From: Desulfocucumaceae bacterium
GTDB lineage: Bacteria > Bacillota > Desulfotomaculia > Desulfotomaculales > Desulfocucumaceae
Direction of reading: 5' to 3'
Length of the DNA: 61,684 nucleotides
Assembly (NCBI GenBank): GCA_045600185.1
Contig: JAZRXK010000086.1
Location: 1-61,684 of the forward strand
Part shown: one piece after another, positions 8,012 to 16,969 of the stretch
How positions within the stretch are numbered: position 1 is the stretch's first letter
Layout of the letters: every line of letters begins with the position of its first letter
Made by a program: the position numbers and the translations under genes
The notes under the pieces: generated by a model
What the model saw: only the letters and a program-made list of their open reading frames with translations
The model's database searches: none
Told to the model about the DNA's origin: nothing

Positions 8012-8776
8012 CTACCTCCCGTAGGCCAAAGCTCTGGCCAATTCCCCGGCAGTCAATCCGGCAGCTTCCCGCATGGCTTGAGCAAGGCGACTTTGAGCAG
8101 CCTTTTCTCCGTTGAAAACATTGCTGAACTGAACATTTTGAACAATAGAAGAATTATGGCCGGAATCAGTTAAAAGTTTTACCGCAGTGTTCCAGGCACT
8201 CAATTCGGAGTTTTCCGCAGTTGGCCGCAGAAAATTTACCAGAGCCTGCATTTTTTCCGATTCTGCCTGATTTTGCAAAGCAAAATTTGAATATTGAGCA
8301 ACAATTTTATCGGCTTTTTCATCGGAAACCAGAAAGCTCAAAAGAGAACTTAAAACCTGTTGTTTTGCTTCCTGGTGTTTATCCTGCTTCGTCTGCTTAA
8401 ACAGCGTATAAGAAGATGCTTCCGCTTTGGGACTCTGAGCTTGCAATTCCGTTAAAGCCAGCAAACTTTCTTCCCAGTTTTGTGCCTGCCAGCTTTGTTT
8501 AATTCGGCCAAGCCACTTTTGCATTTTGTCCCCTGTTACCGCAGTTTGCCTGCCAATCTCCTTAACTTCACCTGCCTGTTTCGGAGTTTTGGAAACCTTT
8601 ATCTTCAGTTCCTTTTTTATCTCCTGCCAGATATTTTTCCAGGAAGCGGATAAAAGAGGTACTTCCTCCTGCATTTCTTCCCTGATTCGAGGAAGTACCT
8701 GCCAATAATCCAAATAAGAAGCTGATTGATTCAGCAGCTCTACAATTTGTTTTAACCAATTTATCCAATTATGCAA
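8012..8776 (-). CDS. Tape-measure protein candidate, unusually short (about 254 aa)
   Basis: It occupies the TMP slot between the frameshifted chaperone and the baseplate genes. It is Q/E/K/A-rich and predicted helical by composition. The TTG at 8776 lies 6 nt after GGAGGA. The track start at 8854 overlaps the chaperone extension. Confidence 0.5.
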   Translation of the reverse strand: MHNWINWLKQIVELLNQSASYLDYWQVLPRIREEMQEEVPLLSASWKNIWQEIKKELKIKVSKTPKQAGEVKEIGRQTAVTGDKMQKWLGRIKQSWQAQNWEESLLALTELQAQSPKAEASSYTLFKQTKQDKHQEAKQQVLSSLLSFLVSDEKADKIVAQYSNFALQNQAESEKMQALVNFLRPTAENSELSAWNTAVKLLTDSGHNSSIVQNVQFSNVFNGEKAAQSRLAQAMREAAGLTAGELARALAYGR

Positions 8777-8795
8777 GTCATTTCCTCCTTCCAAC

Positions 8796-9113
8796 TTATT
8801 TGGCAGCGTGTTCCTGGTTATATCTGATTTCCTGTTCCATTTGATATAAAGCATATAATTTTAAAGCTTCCTCCAAATTATAGACTGTCTCCAGTTCAAA
8901 TTTGGAAGCCAAACCTGCTTTAATCAAAATATACATTCTCAGCTCCAATTCGGAAAATTGGCTCAAGTCCAATTTTCCGAATTTTTGATAATCGGCAGAC
9001 TGAATCAGGCTGTTTCCCTGCCAAACAGGCTGCCGATTTTCCCAAAAAAACTCTGATAATTCAGCTTTAAAACTTCCCCGGCTAATTGCAAAAGACCAGC
9101 CAAATCGCCACAA
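8796..9113 (-). CDS. -1 frame extension of the tail assembly chaperone (gpGT / T-like part)
   Basis: The ORF overlaps the 3' end of 9005-9424 in the -1 frame. It is reachable through the T7 slippery run at 9044-9050 and has no independent RBS or start. Confidence 0.6.
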   Translation of the reverse strand: MWRFGWSFAISRGSFKAELSEFFWENRQPVWQGNSLIQSADYQKFGKLDLSQFSELELRMYILIKAGLASKFELETVYNLEEALKLYALYQMEQEIRYNQEHAAK

Positions 9114-9424
9114 AACATTTCATTTAACAGATCCCGGCTTAATCTCTGCGGTTCATTTTCCACTTCCACTGCCAAATTACCCGGCTGCAATAAAAGCTTA
9201 TCCAGCAAATTTTCAAGCTGTTCCCCGGACAAATGCCGAAAAGCTCCGCCAAGTTCCGAACTTTCTTCTTCTTTTTGCAGCCAAAGCACCAAAGAAGCAG
9301 CCAATGGACCAAAACAGGCAGCCAATTCCCCCAATAAATTGGCCGCCCGAAAAGCAGGCAGAGGACGCAAATAAAAAACCTGTCCGGCAATAGTTCTGGT
9401 TGTAGTTTCCATTTGCTTCAACAC
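9005..9424 (-). CDS. Tail assembly chaperone (gpG / XkdN-like)
   Basis: 139 aa, located between the tube and tape-measure genes. It ends ...NYQSFFGKIGSLFGRETA, with the slippery site 13 codons before the stop. Confidence 0.65.
   Translation of the reverse strand: MLKQMETTTRTIAGQVFYLRPLPAFRAANLLGELAACFGPLAASLVLWLQKEEESSELGGAFRHLSGEQLENLLDKLLLQPGNLAVEVENEPQRLSRDLLNEMFCGDLAGLLQLAGEVLKLNYQSFFGKIGSLFGRETA
9044..9050 (-). promoter_or_regulatory. -1 programmed ribosomal frameshift slippery heptamer (T TTT TTT on the coding strand)
   Basis: The coding strand reads CAG AGT TTT TTT GGG. A shift of -1 reads ...FFWENRQPVW..., continuing for about 85 more codons to 8796. Confidence 0.6.
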
Positions 9425-9439
9425 AAAATCACCTGCTTT

Positions 9440-9853
9440 CTATTCCAGTTCCCAACTGGCCGCTCCGGTTTCCAATTCCCATTCCATATTTTCGGCAGTT
9501 TTGCCAAAAGTTCTTTTAGCCGGTTTGACCACCCAGACCACTGCTGCGGAAAATTCCGCTTTGCCTCGCAAATCACTGATTAAAACAGAAAAAGTTCCTT
9601 TGCCGGAACTTAAATCCTGGTTATATTTATTTAATAAAAAGGCATTGGTCGGAGAAGAAGCCAAAAGCTTGAGTTTGATACTATAGGTTAAATCCGGGTT
9701 AATATTGCGTACAATTTCCCCATCGCAACCCACAATTTTGCTTATGCCTTCTCCATTTTTTTCAATGCTGACAAAGCTGTCTTCAGCATAACCACTGACC
9801 GAATGATTGCCCAAAGAAATAGTTACTTTGCGTGGATCATAGGTACTAATCAT
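9440..9853 (-). CDS. Tail tube protein
   Basis: 137 aa, immediately downstream of the sheath gene, with an AGGAGGG RBS. Size is typical of myovirus tube proteins. Confidence 0.65.
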   Translation of the reverse strand: MISTYDPRKVTISLGNHSVSGYAEDSFVSIEKNGEGISKIVGCDGEIVRNINPDLTYSIKLKLLASSPTNAFLLNKYNQDLSSGKGTFSVLISDLRGKAEFSAAVVWVVKPAKRTFGKTAENMEWELETGAASWELE

Positions 9854-9871
9854 TTGTTAAGCCCTCCTGTT

Positions 9872-11278
9872 TCAACTCAAAATCCCGGAGATCTCTACGG
9901 CCTGAATTGCTCCGGCCAATCGAGCCTGCCAGCGGCAGCCGCTTAATTGGCGAGCTGCTCGATCCGTACTGGACAAATCAGCCGCAAAAGGAACTGTAAC
10001 CTGATAACCGGGAATCAAATTATCCAGATCATCATATTCATTTGCAGCAATCCCACCTTTGGCCTGACCTTCCTGCAAAACAGCCAGGATTCGGTTTTTA
10101 ACCAGGCCAATTCCCTGATCGGTATAAGGAATTTTGGGGTTAGCCAAAAACAGATTATAAATTTCCATTTGCATGGCATTTTGCAGCCAATCCCGAAAAC
10201 GCAAAACATCAATCCATTCCCCAGCTCGCACCTTACCGCCCAGGGTAATTTTCTGGCCGCCAAATTCAGCATAGCAGCTTAAGCAGGCATTGTTTAAAGC
10301 ATCTATTTCCCCAGTGGAAAGATCGGAAGTCTGCACTCCAGCCAGGGCTTTAAAAGTCCAGCTTTCTGAACCTGGCTCATAACTCAGGCATTTGGCAGCA
10401 TAAGCCACCGGCAAATAAAGATTGGCTTCCGGTACTTCAGAATCAGCCTGAGCCAGAGAGGTTTTAACTAAAATTCCCAAACTGCGGTAATAACTGTCCG
10501 CTACTACTGCATTATTACTTAAAACCGGATAAGCGAATAATTTATATTGGGCTTCCGTCCAGGCTGCCAAATCAGGAAATTGACTTTCCGGAATTCCGGC
10601 TGGACAAAGCACATACCAGCCAGGAGTCTGCACAGCCCGATTCAAAGTAGCACTCAGGCTTTCGGTTGCCCCGTCTGTAATTTGCTGTACCGCAATATAA
10701 ATTCTGGCTGGTTTAGGATTCTGAGCAAAGGCCACAGAAGCCGCCCGCTCTATCGGTTCATTTTCCCAACCGGCAGCTTTAACCTCCTGTTGGGAAGCAT
10801 ACGCCGCCACTTTTGCCGGTGGAGCCTGATAAGCCCAAATTACTGTTCCGTCACTTACTGAAGCTCCTTCCGCTGTCGGAGCCGTTAAACCGGAAGTTCC
10901 AGCTTCCGTACACAAATAAACCCTGTTGTTGGCTCGCACATAAGTTCCCAGGACATAGCTGGTTGAAGCTGCCCAATCTGCCGTATAAGCTCCGACATAC
11001 TGCCATTTAACTGTTCCATCTGTAATGCTGTCTATAGCTTTGCTCTCTGCCGTTGGAGCAGTCGTACCGGAGGTTCCGGCAGTGGTACAGCGATATAATT
11101 TGGTTGTATTAACTACATAATCACCCAGAGCATAAGCAGTTGCTTCTGACCATGAATCTCCAATAATAAATTGATGGGGCATGGATCCCACAATTAAAAT
11201 GGAATCAAAGCTTGCTCCATCTGCCGCCGGAGCTGCTAAATCAATTTCAACCTTAACAATTTGATCCAAATAACTCAA
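9872..11278 (-). CDS. Contractile tail sheath protein with two N-terminal beta-repeat insertions
   Basis: 468 aa in the canonical sheath-tube gene pair. There is an internal tandem repeat of about 50 aa at residues 43-151. Confidence 0.7.
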   Translation of the reverse strand: MSYLDQIVKVEIDLAAPAADGASFDSILIVGSMPHQFIIGDSWSEATAYALGDYVVNTTKLYRCTTAGTSGTTAPTAESKAIDSITDGTVKWQYVGAYTADWAASTSYVLGTYVRANNRVYLCTEAGTSGLTAPTAEGASVSDGTVIWAYQAPPAKVAAYASQQEVKAAGWENEPIERAASVAFAQNPKPARIYIAVQQITDGATESLSATLNRAVQTPGWYVLCPAGIPESQFPDLAAWTEAQYKLFAYPVLSNNAVVADSYYRSLGILVKTSLAQADSEVPEANLYLPVAYAAKCLSYEPGSESWTFKALAGVQTSDLSTGEIDALNNACLSCYAEFGGQKITLGGKVRAGEWIDVLRFRDWLQNAMQMEIYNLFLANPKIPYTDQGIGLVKNRILAVLQEGQAKGGIAANEYDDLDNLIPGYQVTVPFAADLSSTDRAARQLSGCRWQARLAGAIQAVEISGILS

Positions 11279-11295
11279 TTTGGCATCCTTCCTTT

Positions 11296-11886
11296 CTAAG
11301 TTTCTTCAACTTCAGCCTGGGTAAAATAGCCATAATTATTCGGGGTTTCCCGACCACCGCCGCTGGCTGTTTTTTGCCAGCCAAAATTCCGGATCAGTCC
11401 ATATTGCCCAAGGGATTCCCGCATAAATTCCACCTCAAAAACTGCTCTGGCCTGATATTCCCATCGCAAATCATTAGCAACCTGAGAAACATCCTCCACT
11501 TTTCCATTCCATCCAAGGGTTAAATTATTTTCTTCACTCCAGTTAACCGCAAAAGGTGAATTTAAAAAGTCTCCAAAATCCAATAAATCATTTAACGCAC
11601 AATTACCCGCTGCAAACGCTTTTCCGGCAACACTTTCTTCCATTTCACCCAAGGTATGCAAAATAATTTCCCAAGTGGATTTAGCAGGATAATATGACCT
11701 GATTTCTCCATCTGTCCAATGGGTATTTGGAAATTGTCCTCCGGAAACCTCCAATACCCTTAAAGTAACCAAAGGCAAAGCGGGTTTAATTAAGTTGCCT
11801 CTCCCCCAGATAATCTGAGCTTCAGCAAAGTAAAACTGTACCAGATCCCAAACTTTTTGTTTAACCTGCTCAAGAATCAAATCCAT
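11296..11886 (-). CDS. Tail completion / neck protein (hypothetical, 196 aa)
   Basis: Position lies between the head-tail connector genes and the sheath. Confidence 0.45.
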   Translation of the reverse strand: MDLILEQVKQKVWDLVQFYFAEAQIIWGRGNLIKPALPLVTLRVLEVSGGQFPNTHWTDGEIRSYYPAKSTWEIILHTLGEMEESVAGKAFAAGNCALNDLLDFGDFLNSPFAVNWSEENNLTLGWNGKVEDVSQVANDLRWEYQARAVFEVEFMRESLGQYGLIRNFGWQKTASGGGRETPNNYGYFTQAEVEET

Positions 11887-11897
11887 TCACCTGCCTT

Positions 11898-12290
11898 TTA
11901 AGAAGAAACAGAAGGAGCGACCAGATTTCCGGTCGGCTCCGCTTCTCCCACTATAACCCACTCTGTCCGGTAATGTTTTAAAGGAGTATTATTCCAATAA
12001 ACTGCCGATTTACATTCATACCAGTTACCCCGATAGAAAAGCCAATCTCCGGCCAGTCCATTTTTTTGATCCGCCTGTCGCAATTCGGTTTGACCGTAAG
12101 CTTTCAGATAACGAATGGAGCGTTGACCGGAGATTTCGTTTTTTAACATCCCGGCTCTTTTTTCATAGTAATTAAAAGGCTGAACATCCAGTTTAGTTTG
12201 AAAATCCTGATAGTTGAAACATGGCAGACCATTAACCAGATCTTGTTCGGTAAATCGTCGGATAAAGTAATTTTTCCGAAAAAGCCGCAT
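11898..12290 (-). CDS. Head-tail joining protein (hypothetical, 130 aa)
   Basis: ATG 12290 lies 4 nt after AAGGAGG. The earlier track start is inside the RBS region. Confidence 0.45.
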   Translation of the reverse strand: MRLFRKNYFIRRFTEQDLVNGLPCFNYQDFQTKLDVQPFNYYEKRAGMLKNEISGQRSIRYLKAYGQTELRQADQKNGLAGDWLFYRGNWYECKSAVYWNNTPLKHYRTEWVIVGEAEPTGNLVAPSVSS

Positions 12291-12323
12291 ATTGCCTCCT
12301 TTTCCCAATTTCCAGGTAAGAAT

Positions 12324-12671
12324 TTAAATCTGTCCGGCGGAAACTATGGCAAGACGATGAGCTTTTTCCAGAGCGGCTAATTGCTGACCATAAGCCGTAC
12401 TGACCCAATCCCCAGTTGGCATCTGTGCAAAACCAAGGCTTAAATCTCCTTCCCGATAGGAAGTAATCATCTGGCTGCCCAATCCCACTGAATCAGAAAG
12501 ACTCAATTTCAGGCGGTGAGCCGTCAACAAAGCCCAGGCCTGCTCATAATCTGCCCCCAATCGCTCTCGGCTTAATAAAGAACGATTTAATTCCAGCCAA
12601 TTCAAAATTGTGGAATCAGCAAGTTCGGCAAATTCCGGAGCCACCAGACGAAAAATTTGCAGGGCTTTCAT
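12324..12671 (-). CDS. Head-tail connector protein (DUF4054-like)
   Basis: 115 aa. The pattern F..VAPEFAEL.....L.......LGADYEQAWALLTAHRL resembles DUF4054 phage connector proteins. Confidence 0.55.
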   Translation of the reverse strand: MKALQIFRLVAPEFAELADSTILNWLELNRSLLSRERLGADYEQAWALLTAHRLKLSLSDSVGLGSQMITSYREGDLSLGFAQMPTGDWVSTAYGQQLAALEKAHRLAIVSAGQI

Positions 12672-12982
12672 TAGACCACCCCATAGTAAACCGCCAGCTT
12701 TTGCCGCAAACTGTTAGCAGTTTCATTCTCTGATAAAGCAAGGCCAGCATCACAGGCTAATTTTTCCAGATCACTTTTTTTCATTTTTTTTAATCTGGTT
12801 TTATTGACAGGCTGCCCATCCGTTTTTTCCGCTTCTTCCAGCAGTTCAATCTTATTTTGCTCCCGCAAAGTTTGCAGCACTGCATTAGTCTGAAACTCCG
12901 GCGGCAAAATTTCCGTTTCTTCCGGAAAAATATTCAAAGTCCCCACCGCAATAATTTTGCCGGATTTATTTTTGATTAACAT
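12671..12982 (-). CDS. Head-associated protein with a C-terminal HeH/Rho-N-like motif
   Basis: 103 aa. KKSDLEKLACDAGLALSENETANSLRQKLAVYY resembles the Rho-N/HeH motif common in small phage head proteins downstream of the capsid gene. Confidence 0.5.
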   Translation of the reverse strand: MLIKNKSGKIIAVGTLNIFPEETEILPPEFQTNAVLQTLREQNKIELLEEAEKTDGQPVNKTRLKKMKKSDLEKLACDAGLALSENETANSLRQKLAVYYGVV

Positions 12983-12997
12983 AAAACGGCCTCCAAC

Positions 12998-14056
12998 CTA
13001 AATTCCCAAAGCAATCAGCAAAGACAGGGGATAATAAATAATAACTCCGGCTGTTCTGGCCTCACAAGGCACCACAATTTCCAGGCCGCGGGGCTGAATT
13101 GGATATTGATAAAAAGGCAGCGGATTTTCCAAAGTCAGCTTGCGAGGATCTTTTTTAAACAGCAAAGCTACCGCCTGTTCAGAGCCGGAGCTGACATTTG
13201 TTCCCCCGTAAGGATTGATTTCCGAATCAGAATTCAGTTCCGAAGCCGGCACAATTTCCTTTAAATAAGGAGCATTTTCCAACACAAAACGCTTAATGCT
13301 ATAACCGGTTCCTTGCAGTTGACGGGTAGAAATATCCATAAACACATCTGAAGGCAGAACCAAAGTATCCGGCCGTTCTACATTTTTGGTATTTCGAGCC
13401 ACCGCCGCCTGCATTCCGTTAATATCCGCCAAAATTTGAGCTGCTGTTTTATCCTGCCATTTAGTGCTGCTGTCCGAACCATTGTCCGGAATGGTATATA
13501 AAGGAATATCATTATTAGCCGATAAAATTCCCATTAAGCCATTTTCCGCATCTCCAGCCCAGGCAATTTTATTGTTCAAATAGTCTATTGCATAACGAGC
13601 AGCTTCCGCCTTGGCCAGATCCAGGGATTTACCAGCCATGCGGGAAGCCCGCATTTCCTGCACCGAATAACCGTAGCTGTTGCCAATGGATTTAATATTG
13701 GCGGTAAAGGGCTGCCCTTTAGCATCAGCTCGTGGTAAATCAGTAGCATAATTATCAATAATTTTGGCCATTCCGGTTTTATCATAGCTATAATAGGTAA
13801 CGCTTTCTGCTCCGGCATTAACCTCATTAGAAACCGGCAAAATCTGTAAAGCTGTAAATTCCGGATATTCCACATTATAGGATTCAGCTTTCACATAATC
13901 CAATTCTCTGGCAAAAAAGACCGAAGCATCTTCGGCACTATCAAAACGCAGGCTTTGACTTTCCTTCAAGGCCGCTGAAACCGTAGAACCCATTAAAGCC
14001 TGATAATCAGCCTGATTAAAATGAGCTGAAGGCATTTTAGCATTATAATTTCCCAT
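12998..14056 (-). CDS. Major capsid protein (DUF2184-like family)
   Basis: 352 aa, after the protease/scaffold and decoration genes. The N-terminal region ...FFARELDYVKAESYNVEYPEFTA... is typical of this capsid family. Strong GGAAGGGGGAA RBS. Confidence 0.75.
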   Translation of the reverse strand: MGNYNAKMPSAHFNQADYQALMGSTVSAALKESQSLRFDSAEDASVFFARELDYVKAESYNVEYPEFTALQILPVSNEVNAGAESVTYYSYDKTGMAKIIDNYATDLPRADAKGQPFTANIKSIGNSYGYSVQEMRASRMAGKSLDLAKAEAARYAIDYLNNKIAWAGDAENGLMGILSANNDIPLYTIPDNGSDSSTKWQDKTAAQILADINGMQAAVARNTKNVERPDTLVLPSDVFMDISTRQLQGTGYSIKRFVLENAPYLKEIVPASELNSDSEINPYGGTNVSSGSEQAVALLFKKDPRKLTLENPLPFYQYPIQPRGLEIVVPCEARTAGVIIYYPLSLLIALGI

Positions 14057-14082
14057 AAGAATTAAATTCCCCCTTCCTGAAA

Positions 14083-14955
14083 TCAGCCGTTATAAGTTAC
14101 TGTTTTTTGCAAAATGGTTTGAGCTGCTCCTTCTTTACAGGCATTAAGCGTCACCACATAATCTCCGGCAGCCGTTTCAAAGTGCAAAGCTTTTCTGTCT
14201 GCTACCGCAGTATTGCCCACAACTAACTGCAAATAAGCCGAATTATCTTCTGTTACCGGCAAAGTTTGAATACAGGTAGTTTCTCCGGATTTCTCAATCA
14301 TACAAAAACAACTGTCGCAGGTTTGTCGTTTAAAAGAAATTTGCAGCCAGGGAACTTCCGTCAAATTTTCCGTATAGGTTTCCAGAGGCAAAGCCTTAGC
14401 ATAATCAGCTGCCGCCAGAAAGTCTATTTTCAAATCAGTCAGCAAAGTCGAATTAGTCTGGACATTTTGATAATGTAATTCAATCGGAGCTATTAAACCG
14501 GAACTTTTACTGCCAAGGTAACGGGCATTAAGCCGGATTTTCCAGGCTTCCGCTGTGTCCGCAGCCAAAGTAAAAAGTCCGGCATTAGTGCCACTGGTAA
14601 TTAAATAAACATCCTTACCATAAGCAGGACTGATTCCGGACTTTATTCTGACCCAAACCCGGCCACTGCTGATTACTCCAACCGCAGCTTTGGCCGCCAA
14701 TTTTAATTCCCCATTCAAATCCAGAGGAGTAGTGCCATTTTTTGCAATTACCCCTTCAAAATCAACCAGACCGGAGGAACTATCCGGAAGCTTGACTCCC
14801 ACTCCCGGCACCGTTCCTTTGACCACTCCCATGCCCAATTTCAAAGCACTTTCTTCTTCATTGATTCGGCTTTCCCGCACATAAGGACTCAAATCCCACA
14901 AACCACCGGCTACTCCCTGCCCGGAGGCATAATTATAACTGCTTTGCACTGCCAT
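14083..14955 (-). CDS. Capsid decoration / cement-like protein with a C-terminal extension
   Basis: About 290 aa. ATG 14955 lies 6 nt after GAAAGGGTGA and overlaps the upstream TAA (TAATG). The N-terminal roughly 120 aa resemble DUF2190-type head proteins. Confidence 0.45.
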   Translation of the reverse strand: MAVQSSYNYASGQGVAGGLWDLSPYVRESRINEEESALKLGMGVVKGTVPGVGVKLPDSSSGLVDFEGVIAKNGTTPLDLNGELKLAAKAAVGVISSGRVWVRIKSGISPAYGKDVYLITSGTNAGLFTLAADTAEAWKIRLNARYLGSKSSGLIAPIELHYQNVQTNSTLLTDLKIDFLAAADYAKALPLETYTENLTEVPWLQISFKRQTCDSCFCMIEKSGETTCIQTLPVTEDNSAYLQLVVGNTAVADRKALHFETAAGDYVVTLNACKEGAAQTILQKTVTYNG

Positions 14956-16079
14956 TAGCAATCACCCTTTCTTCTGGCAATCATATTTTGTCGGGCTTTT
15001 TCAGCTCCGGTTAATCGACTTCTCCAATACCCATCACCATTGAAAACCTGTTTCCGCTGGCCATTAACTCCAGATAATTCTTCCATAACCAAACTAAACG
15101 CCGCTTCAATAAATTCCGGGCTGCGTCCGGCCAGATTCAGCTTGGGTCGAGCTTTGGCCAGAACTGCCTTTTGAGCTTCCAAAAGATCCATACTTTCCAA
15201 ACCCGGCAAATTTAACTTATGAGCTAATTTGGCCAGATCCGGCATTTCCTGACTATCCTGCTTTAAACCGCGACAGCTTTGTACTTCCCCATTCTGGGAA
15301 CTTTCACTTAATTTAAGAGCCAAACCCACAATAACCCGATCCAAATCCTGCAAAGCCCCTTCCAAAAGCCCAATAGTTTCTTCCGAACTTAAATTGCTTT
15401 GCTGCAAGCTTTCCAGTTTTTGCAGATAATCGGCATACAGATCTTCTGCAAGCCCCCAATCACCTTCCATCTTTTCTGAATTTTTTTCTTTTTCCGGCTC
15501 CGGCCTTGTGTCCCCGGCCGACTTGCTTTTGCTCAGCACTCCAATTCCCCCTTCAGATTTATGGTCTATATTTAAACGAGCCGCAGAACCAGCTCTGGCC
15601 CATTTCACCAAAGCCAAATGATTGATTTCGATATTGCGTTGTATGGCATCATAAGGATGCCCCTGCCAGATTCCCGGACATTCTTCCAGGCTCAGACTAT
15701 AGCCCAGGGACAACTCCCGCAGGCCTGAACTCTGCAGGGCATTGGTATCATGGATAATAATTTTTGCCCGCACTTTCTCTCCGTCCGGAATTCCCGGAGA
15801 TAACACTGTCCCGACAATTTCCTCCGGAATATTATTTTTATCCACTTCTCCAGCCGCATGAGACAAGACAATGGGCTTACCTTCATAAGAAGCCAGACTG
15901 GCCTGGGCAAAGACTTCCTCCGGCAAACGCAGTTCCCGGCGAATACTTCCGTCCGGGTTAGCATATTCAAAAATTCCGGTCATAGTAACCACCGGTTGAT
16001 CTACCAGATAGCCTTCTTCCGTAAAATAAGTTGAAAGCAGCGGCAAATGATCAGTACGGAATAATTTATCGGACTGCAA
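14955..16079 (-). CDS. Prohead protease/scaffold protein (XkdF / DUF2213-like)
   Basis: 374 aa. The N-terminal domain ...TGIFEYANPDGSIRRELRLPEEVF...LSLGYS... resembles DUF2213. The C-terminal half is charged and helical, which is scaffold-like. Confidence 0.65.
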   Translation of the reverse strand: MQSDKLFRTDHLPLLSTYFTEEGYLVDQPVVTMTGIFEYANPDGSIRRELRLPEEVFAQASLASYEGKPIVLSHAAGEVDKNNIPEEIVGTVLSPGIPDGEKVRAKIIIHDTNALQSSGLRELSLGYSLSLEECPGIWQGHPYDAIQRNIEINHLALVKWARAGSAARLNIDHKSEGGIGVLSKSKSAGDTRPEPEKEKNSEKMEGDWGLAEDLYADYLQKLESLQQSNLSSEETIGLLEGALQDLDRVIVGLALKLSESSQNGEVQSCRGLKQDSQEMPDLAKLAHKLNLPGLESMDLLEAQKAVLAKARPKLNLAGRSPEFIEAAFSLVMEELSGVNGQRKQVFNGDGYWRSRLTGAEKARQNMIARRKGDC

Positions 16080-16094
16080 AAAAACACCTCCATT

Positions 16095-16958
16095 CTAAAT
16101 TCTAACAACGGCCTGAACCTCCAGGTAGGGTTTAGCTTCATTTACAACCACCGTATCCCAGACACTATTGCCTTCAAATCCCTGCAACGGTAAAATACCT
16201 GCCCAATAGATTTCCGGTTGAGGCAAAACATAAAAAACTTCTTCTCCATAAACAAGTTCTCCCGTTGCACTATTATATGGAGTTGTTATGTCCTGCCCCC
16301 AATAATAGCTAATAAGCCCCACCCGCCGAATCAACTCGCCACTGATTGCCCGATATTCATCAGCAATAAATTCTCCATCTACTTCAACCGACCTTAACAG
16401 TAAAGAGCCATCTGGTTCCAAAACACCCCTCGACAAATAGCTGTTCAGAATAAAGCTGTCTGTATTAGCTCGAATTTGCAGAACCCTGTTCGCCACCAAA
16501 AACACATAACTTTCCGAAGTAGCTGCCGCCGGTTCTGCAACAGCCGAAAATCTATCAGCCGCCAAACAGGTTCCCTGGGGGGAACTGCTTAACTGAAAAG
16601 TTAAATTACTAACCGATTTATTCCGGTTAATTAACAAATTATATTCCAGAGTGCCGGTAAAATAAGGAAATTGCGAATCTTGTTCCCAACCTGGAGCTGA
16701 TAAATAAATTCGCTCCCCGGCAGTTGTTTCGGTCAAGGTAAAGCTGTAAAATTGATCCGACCCACAGCGAAAATAGCAGGTTCCTTCTTCCGTTCCATCG
16801 CAAATATAAACAAAATTATATTCTCTACTGGGCACTATTTGAGTTCTGCCAAGTACATTAAATTTAATTAAAGAAAGATCAACGGTGCCGGAAAGTTCCG
16901 GGCTAATCCCACTGCAAGATGCCGTCTTATATTTTTTCAAAAGCTTTGGCCACTGCAT
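16095..16958 (-). CDS. Hypothetical phage protein (287 aa) between portal and protease
   Basis: ATG 16958 with an AGAGGTG RBS 11 nt after the upstream stop. The longer track ORF start overlaps the preceding gene. No recognisable family. Confidence 0.45.
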   Translation of the reverse strand: MQWPKLLKKYKTASCSGISPELSGTVDLSLIKFNVLGRTQIVPSREYNFVYICDGTEEGTCYFRCGSDQFYSFTLTETTAGERIYLSAPGWEQDSQFPYFTGTLEYNLLINRNKSVSNLTFQLSSSPQGTCLAADRFSAVAEPAAATSESYVFLVANRVLQIRANTDSFILNSYLSRGVLEPDGSLLLRSVEVDGEFIADEYRAISGELIRRVGLISYYWGQDITTPYNSATGELVYGEEVFYVLPQPEIYWAGILPLQGFEGNSVWDTVVVNEAKPYLEVQAVVRI

Positions 16959-16969
16959 GACAACACCTC

